Origin: Chloroflexota bacterium
Lineage (GTDB): Bacteria; Chloroflexota; UBA11872; VXOZ01
Direction of reading: 5' to 3'
NCBI GenBank assembly: GCA_963663275.1
Contig: OY760183.1
Coordinates: 384,001 to 448,000 of the forward strand
Length of the DNA stretch: 64,000 nt
How positions within the stretch are numbered: the stretch's first letter is position 1; each line of letters begins with the position of its first letter. Below the pieces are notes generated by a model that saw nothing but the letters and a program-made list of their open reading frames with translations, was not told the DNA's origin and did no database searches. The translations under genes and the position numbers were made by a program. Shown here piece after piece: positions 59,266 through 64,000 of this stretch.

Positions 59266-60537
59266 TTACGCCCCCAGGAAGCCCTCGTCGTACAAGACCG
59301 AGCGGAAGCCGTGTTCCGTTGCCCAGCGGATGGCGGCCTCGGTCTTGGCGGGCACGTTGGGTTGGTAGTGGGGCAGGTGGGTGCGGAAGTATTGCTCGTG
59401 CACCATCAGTTCCAGCACCTCGCCGCGGTGGGGGTCTTGAGCCACGGCATCCAGGTGGGCCGTCACTTCCTCCGGCGTCTTGTGGCTGTTGATCACTTGG
59501 TCGTGGGTAACGAAGAGCAAGTCCTCGCTGTAGTCTTTCCAGTAGTCGTGGGTGTTCAGATAAGCGGTGGTAGCGGCATCCAGGTAGTAGTTCACGCGGG
59601 GCAGCGGATCGAAGACGAAGTAGCCCGCCAGGCCCCAGATGCCCTCCTGGCGCAGCGCGCGGCAGCCCAGGCGGGTGCCCTCGCCCCAGTGGAGCGTGGT
59701 GAAGTGCGACCACGCCTCCTCGCCGGCAAAGCGCAGCGTCTCGTCCCGCACCTGGCGGTAGTCGGTCAGCAGTTTCTCCGCCGACGCTTCCTTATACGGG
59801 TCCCGCGGCTGGTCGGCGCGGGCGTGGAACGAGAGTTGCAGCCAGCCGGCGTTATCGCGCCACTCGGACTTGTACGTGTCCGGCATCTGGCGCAGGTCGA
59901 AGTCCTCGCAGGCGTAGTAGATGTTGATGTGGGTCTTCGTGCCGTAGCGGTCGCGCAGATCGCGCATGAAACCCAGGTAGAAGTTGTCGAAAATGGACTT
60001 GGGCCGCTCGAAAGCCAAGTCGCGCAGAAAATACACGTCGTCATCCAGCGAGAAGCGGTAGCGCGGGAACGAGCGTTGGTCCCAGAGCACCGTGACCGCA
60101 TGCGTCGCGGTCTCGCCGCCGCGTTCCGCCACCGCCGTGAGCGTGGTCTCGTGAGCGGTCAGGGTAACGTCCGCCGCGAACGTCGCGCCCACAATCGCGG
60201 CCTGGATACCGCCATCGCCCGCGACACCGTGCGACCTGACCGCGCCGCGTTGCAACTCACCCCCGCCGTTCTGGCCGCCATCCGCGCCAGCGTGCAACTC
60301 ACCCCCGCCGCCTTGCGACCCGCCCGCGCCAGCGTCGCCGCCGTTGCTTTGGGAGCCACCTGCGCCGCCCTGCGACCCGCCCGCTCCGCTCTGGGCGCCG
60401 CCCGCGCCGCGCACCGTCACCGTATCCGCCCCGCTCACCACGCCCCGCACTGTCACGCGCAACCCATCCTCATCCTGCCGCCCATCATGCCGATTGAGTA
60501 TCGCGCCATGTATCGGCGTCGTAATCTGCACCTGCAT
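59266..60537 (-). CDS. Hypothetical protein (Ig-like N-terminus with Gly-rich insert; possible deacetylase-like C-terminal domain)
   Basis: FSLDD, LSFH and ELMVHEQY motifs; GC-typical codon usage. Confidence 0.65.
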   Translation of the reverse strand: MQVQITTPIHGAILNRHDGRQDEDGLRVTVRGVVSGADTVTVRGAGGAQSGAGGSQGGAGGSQSNGGDAGAGGSQGGGGELHAGADGGQNGGGELQRGAVRSHGVAGDGGIQAAIVGATFAADVTLTAHETTLTAVAERGGETATHAVTVLWDQRSFPRYRFSLDDDVYFLRDLAFERPKSIFDNFYLGFMRDLRDRYGTKTHINIYYACEDFDLRQMPDTYKSEWRDNAGWLQLSFHARADQPRDPYKEASAEKLLTDYRQVRDETLRFAGEEAWSHFTTLHWGEGTRLGCRALRQEGIWGLAGYFVFDPLPRVNYYLDAATTAYLNTHDYWKDYSEDLLFVTHDQVINSHKTPEEVTAHLDAVAQDPHRGEVLELMVHEQYFRTHLPHYQPNVPAKTEAAIRWATEHGFRSVLYDEGFLGA

Positions 60538-60703
60538 GGGATACCACTGCCTCCTCCACTGCTAGCTGCCGGATACCATAACCAGCATAAACGACTGGTC
60601 TTCTGTAGATTAGCACCTCATGCGCCTTGCAGCAGCATTCATCCAGGCAGAGTCTTACTTGAACTCTCCTTTGATCTCCTGAGTTGCTTCTACCACTGAA
60701 CCA

Positions 60704-61192
60704 CTAGTCTTTCTCTAGCTTCAACCACTTGATGGATTCAAGATTCTTGAACTTCCCTTTGGCCGCTTCTCTCGACATTGTGGTCGTTGGCCACTTTCCT
60801 TCAGGAATTTCCACGAATACTACTTCCCCATCCCCTTCGGTGGCGTATAGCCCTTCTTTCTGATACCAGTCTAAGGCAACGTATACGTCTTTCCTTTGAG
60901 CATGAGATAAACTCACTGTCCATCTTTCTAAAGCAACGCCAACTTCTCTTATCATGTGGTTGTACTGTGCGGCGCGCAAAGTGTCGGCTTTCATCATCAT
61001 ACACATGCCTGGGTGGTATGTATCTTTGGCTTCCATGACACGTTTTCTTCCGTCTATCAAGATTTCACGGATTTGTCTCGCGTCTCGACGCTGAGCCAAT
61101 CTCTGGCGAACATATCCAGCCAGCCCTAGAATGGCCGTAGCTGTCAAAGCTGCAATCAAACCAGCTACGGCACTCTGCGTTATTGATTCCAT
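60704..61192 (-). CDS. Low-GC hypothetical membrane-anchored protein
   Basis: 162-aa ORF with N-terminal TM helix; markedly AT-richer than its neighbours. Confidence 0.6.
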   Translation of the reverse strand: MESITQSAVAGLIAALTATAILGLAGYVRQRLAQRRDARQIREILIDGRKRVMEAKDTYHPGMCMMMKADTLRAAQYNHMIREVGVALERWTVSLSHAQRKDVYVALDWYQKEGLYATEGDGEVVFVEIPEGKWPTTTMSREAAKGKFKNLESIKWLKLEKD

Positions 61193-61251
61193 TTGCCTTC
61201 TTTAGCCTACTCGGATCGCCACTTGTGGTTAGATGGTTTTGGAGAATCCAC

Positions 61252-61440
61252 AAAACAATGCCCCACTTCATAGCGTCGCTTGTACACCTCTGTTTTGTAC
61301 TACCAAGGCGTCAAAAGGTTCTTGGGCGGCGACACAACCGGCGTGAACCCCAAGTCGGCAGCTAGTTGGCGGGTCTCATCACCCGCATACACACGATCCA
61401 TCACCAGAAACGGCTGCTCCAGACTGCCTCCTACGCCGAG
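61252..61440 (-). pseudogene. IS5-family transposase remnant
   Basis: Minus-strand translation LVMDRVYAGDETRQLAADLGFTPVVSPPKNLLTPW*YKTEVYKRRYEV; in-frame TAG at 61302-61300. Confidence 0.75.
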
Positions 61441-61561
61441 CAAAGCGAATACCGTATACTAGCGTAGACAAACAACCCCCTACAGATAATGATAGCAAGA
61501 AAGCAATCGGCCCGTCTGCGCCGTAATCAAGAGTAATCCGGAAAGCGTTTGCGTCCGCGAC

Positions 61562-64000
61562 ATGAAAAAACGAGAAGACTTCCAAAACCGGGCGTTGGCC
61601 CAACTGCTTACCGCACAGGGCGTGCCGTCGGACTATGAGCAGCGTGCGGGCCGCAAGCGGATGGACGTGGTCGCGACCGTGGACGGCCTGCGCGTTGTGC
61701 TGGAGGCGGAGACCGGCTTTCACCGCAAGGCGCAGGCTATCAAGGACGCCGACGCCCGTTTGCGCCAGCAACTGACGACGGTCGTATTCGCGGTCTGCTA
61801 TCCGGAGGGCGTAACGGAGGAGAATCTGGCCGCGGCCACGCTCACGTGGACGATGCGCATGAAAGCGGGAGCGCCGTCCGGCGAGTGGGCGACCGGCAGC
61901 GTAGGTGAACTGGCGCGGGCAGTGCAGCAGGCGCCGCATTCCCTCAGCGGCGCGGACGTTGCGGCGCAAATGCTCTCGGACGACCTGGACGAGGTGGTGC
62001 AGCGGCTGAAACTGCACGACCGGCAAGCCTTGGCGCTGGCGCTCGACCTGCCCGCCACCAAGCCCGGCGCAGGAGGCAAGGAAGACAGCTACTTCGTCGC
62101 CGCCAAGCGCGCCATGCTGGTGGTGGCTACGGCGATGCTCTTCCACCAGCGGGTGCAGGAACACCTGCCCGACCGGCCTCCCGACGGTTTCGACGGAGCA
62201 TGGCCGCCGGCCAGCGCCACCGACTGCGCCGAGCGCAGCGCGCCGATCAACGCCTTCCGTGAAGCGTGGCGCGCCATCCTGGCCGTGGACTACCGCCCGG
62301 TCTTCGAGACCGGACGGGTAGCCTTGGCGGCGCTGGCAGCCAACCCGGATAACGGCCAAGCGGTCCGCAGCTTAGGAGAAACGGTAGCGCGGGTTTCAGA
62401 GCGCGTGACGGGCCTGCGCCATGATCTCTTGGGGCGCATCTTTCACCGCGTTCTCGATACCGCCCGCTACGACGGCTCGTTCTACACCTCCACCGCGGCG
62501 GCGGTGCTCTTGGCGTCGCTGGCTCTCCGCGAACAAGACGCCGACTGGTCCGACGCCGACGCCGTTGCCGCGCTGCGGATCTGCGATCCCGCCTGCGGCA
62601 CGGGAACGCTGCTCATGGCTGCCGCCGAGCGCATCCGCGACCTCCGCAACGCCGCCGGGCGCGGCAACTCCGCTGAGGAAGAAGCGCTCGGCTTGATCCT
62701 GGTAGAGGACGTGCTATGGGGCTACGACGTGAACCTGACCGCCACGCACATGGCCGCCAGCACGCTGGGCATGTTGTCCCCCAAGACGAAGTTCGACCGC
62801 ATGAACGTTCACCGGGCGCTGCTTGGCGTGTTCGACGGCATGCCCTATCTCGGCTCCCTGGATTTCCTCTCCGGCCAAGCCCGTCTCGCTTCCTGGCCGT
62901 CCGCCACACAGCAGGTTGAAAGCGAGCGGGAAGAAGCCGAGCCGCCGCCGCCAATGGACCTGGTGATCATGAATCCGCCATTTACTCGTGATAGTCTCCG
63001 TCATGATCAGTTCACCAGCAATGACGAAGAGAGCATAAAGCAGCGGGAAAAGGAGCTATTTTCGGGACAGGACTATAGAGCAGCAGCCCGTCTTCATTCC
63101 TCAGGTGGCGCATTTGCAGTCTTGGCCGAAAAACTGCTAAAAGCCGATTCTGGCACACTGGCGTTAGTTCTACCTTCCGTGGTCCCTACTGCGCCAGGGA
63201 ATCTAGAATTGCGTAAGTACATGGCGGAGCGGTTCCACATAGACACTATCGTCAGTTCCCACGACCCGCAGCGCATCTTCCTCTCGGAAAACACCAGCAT
63301 CGGCGAGATCCTGCTGATTTGCCGCCGGTGGCGCGGCGGACCCAAGCCCCCAACGCGGGTGGTCAACTTGGCGCACAATCCGGCTACGCCCGTAGAAGCC
63401 CTGGACACCGCCGCGCGCATAGAGCGCACGTCTTGGGCGGACGAAGCGCAATCACATGACTTTACCGTGCAGCGCGTAGACCCTGCGCGCATCCAGCGGG
63501 GCGACTGGTTCGCCGTCAACTTCCTATCGCCGTTTCTGGTGGAAGCCTATCGCACGCTCAGCGAGACAGAGACGGCATCCGTTCCGATGGTGTCGTTGAG
63601 CGATCTCGCGGAAGTTGGGCCGGAAGGAAGACGCATACGGGACTCGTACAGGCGCTCGGACATGCCCACCAAATCAGCCCGCCGTGCCCTCTGGCACCAC
63701 AAGTCGGACGTGACGGTGTCTATGCAAGCGAAGACCGACTCGTACATCGAACCCAAGAAGACGAAACGCCACCTCGCCGATCGGTATTGGAAGCAGCGCA
63801 GCCGCTTGCTGCTCCCTCATCGCCTTTGGTTACCCTTGGTACGTGTCGCTGCCGTCATGCTTCCAGAACGGGCCGTCGGCTCAATCTGGACTCCCTGCCG
63901 ACCCCACCAACCGGACATTGCCAAAGCAATATGCCTATTCCTGAACTCCACCCTCGGCCTGCTGTCTCTCCTGGGCGGACGTGACAATCGGAAACCGTCT
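61562..64000 (+). CDS. Fused restriction-modification enzyme (type IIG-like, N6-adenine MTase); runs off the window
   Basis: ATG 61562; N-terminal MDVV...LEAE, GSFYT, CDPACGTGTLL, VIMNPPFTR and LNSTLGLL all in one frame; absent from the ORF track because no stop is reached. Confidence 0.85.
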   Translation, partial: MKKREDFQNRALAQLLTAQGVPSDYEQRAGRKRMDVVATVDGLRVVLEAETGFHRKAQAIKDADARLRQQLTTVVFAVCYPEGVTEENLAAATLTWTMRMKAGAPSGEWATGSVGELARAVQQAPHSLSGADVAAQMLSDDLDEVVQRLKLHDRQALALALDLPATKPGAGGKEDSYFVAAKRAMLVVATAMLFHQRVQEHLPDRPPDGFDGAWPPASATDCAERSAPINAFREAWRAILAVDYRPVFETGRVALAALAANPDNGQAVRSLGETVARVSERVTGLRHDLLGRIFHRVLDTARYDGSFYTSTAAAVLLASLALREQDADWSDADAVAALRICDPACGTGTLLMAAAERIRDLRNAAGRGNSAEEEALGLILVEDVLWGYDVNLTATHMAASTLGMLSPKTKFDRMNVHRALLGVFDGMPYLGSLDFLSGQARLASWPSATQQVESEREEAEPPPPMDLVIMNPPFTRDSLRHDQFTSNDEESIKQREKELFSGQDYRAAARLHSSGGAFAVLAEKLLKADSGTLALVLPSVVPTAPGNLELRKYMAERFHIDTIVSSHDPQRIFLSENTSIGEILLICRRWRGGPKPPTRVVNLAHNPATPVEALDTAARIERTSWADEAQSHDFTVQRVDPARIQRGDWFAVNFLSPFLVEAYRTLSETETASVPMVSLSDLAEVGPEGRRIRDSYRRSDMPTKSARRALWHHKSDVTVSMQAKTDSYIEPKKTKRHLADRYWKQRSRLLLPHRLWLPLVRVAAVMLPERAVGSIWTPCRPHQPDIAKAICLFLNSTLGLLSLLGGRDNRKPS

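Overview
GC-rich bacterial chromosome segment. The gene content suggests Chloroflexota, possibly host- or sponge-associated (inference from many Tat-lipoprotein solute-binding proteins, an LRR protein and Uma2 paralogues; not verifiable here). Core genes are plsC-like, ispH, der, plsY, recX, rmuC, dut, ftsB-like and two tRNA-Ser. These are interspersed with catabolic enzymes, a MacAB-type ABC exporter, four orphan solute-binding proteins, a type II R-M pair, a fused type IIG-like R-M gene running off the right end, an intact IS481 and an IS5 remnant. The most striking observations are: (1) five tandem 182-aa Uma2/PD-(D/E)XK nuclease genes with a conserved scaffold, one hypervariable segment and mosaic sequence sharing; (2) two ~840-aa exported repeat proteins sharing a near-identical N-terminal module, one ending in an apparently inactive gluzincin-like domain; (3) intergenic REP-like hairpins that act as insertion sites for IS481 and for several of the four MITE families seen, including nested insertions with visible target-site duplications. 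All functional calls come from motif recognition by eye; no searches were run.
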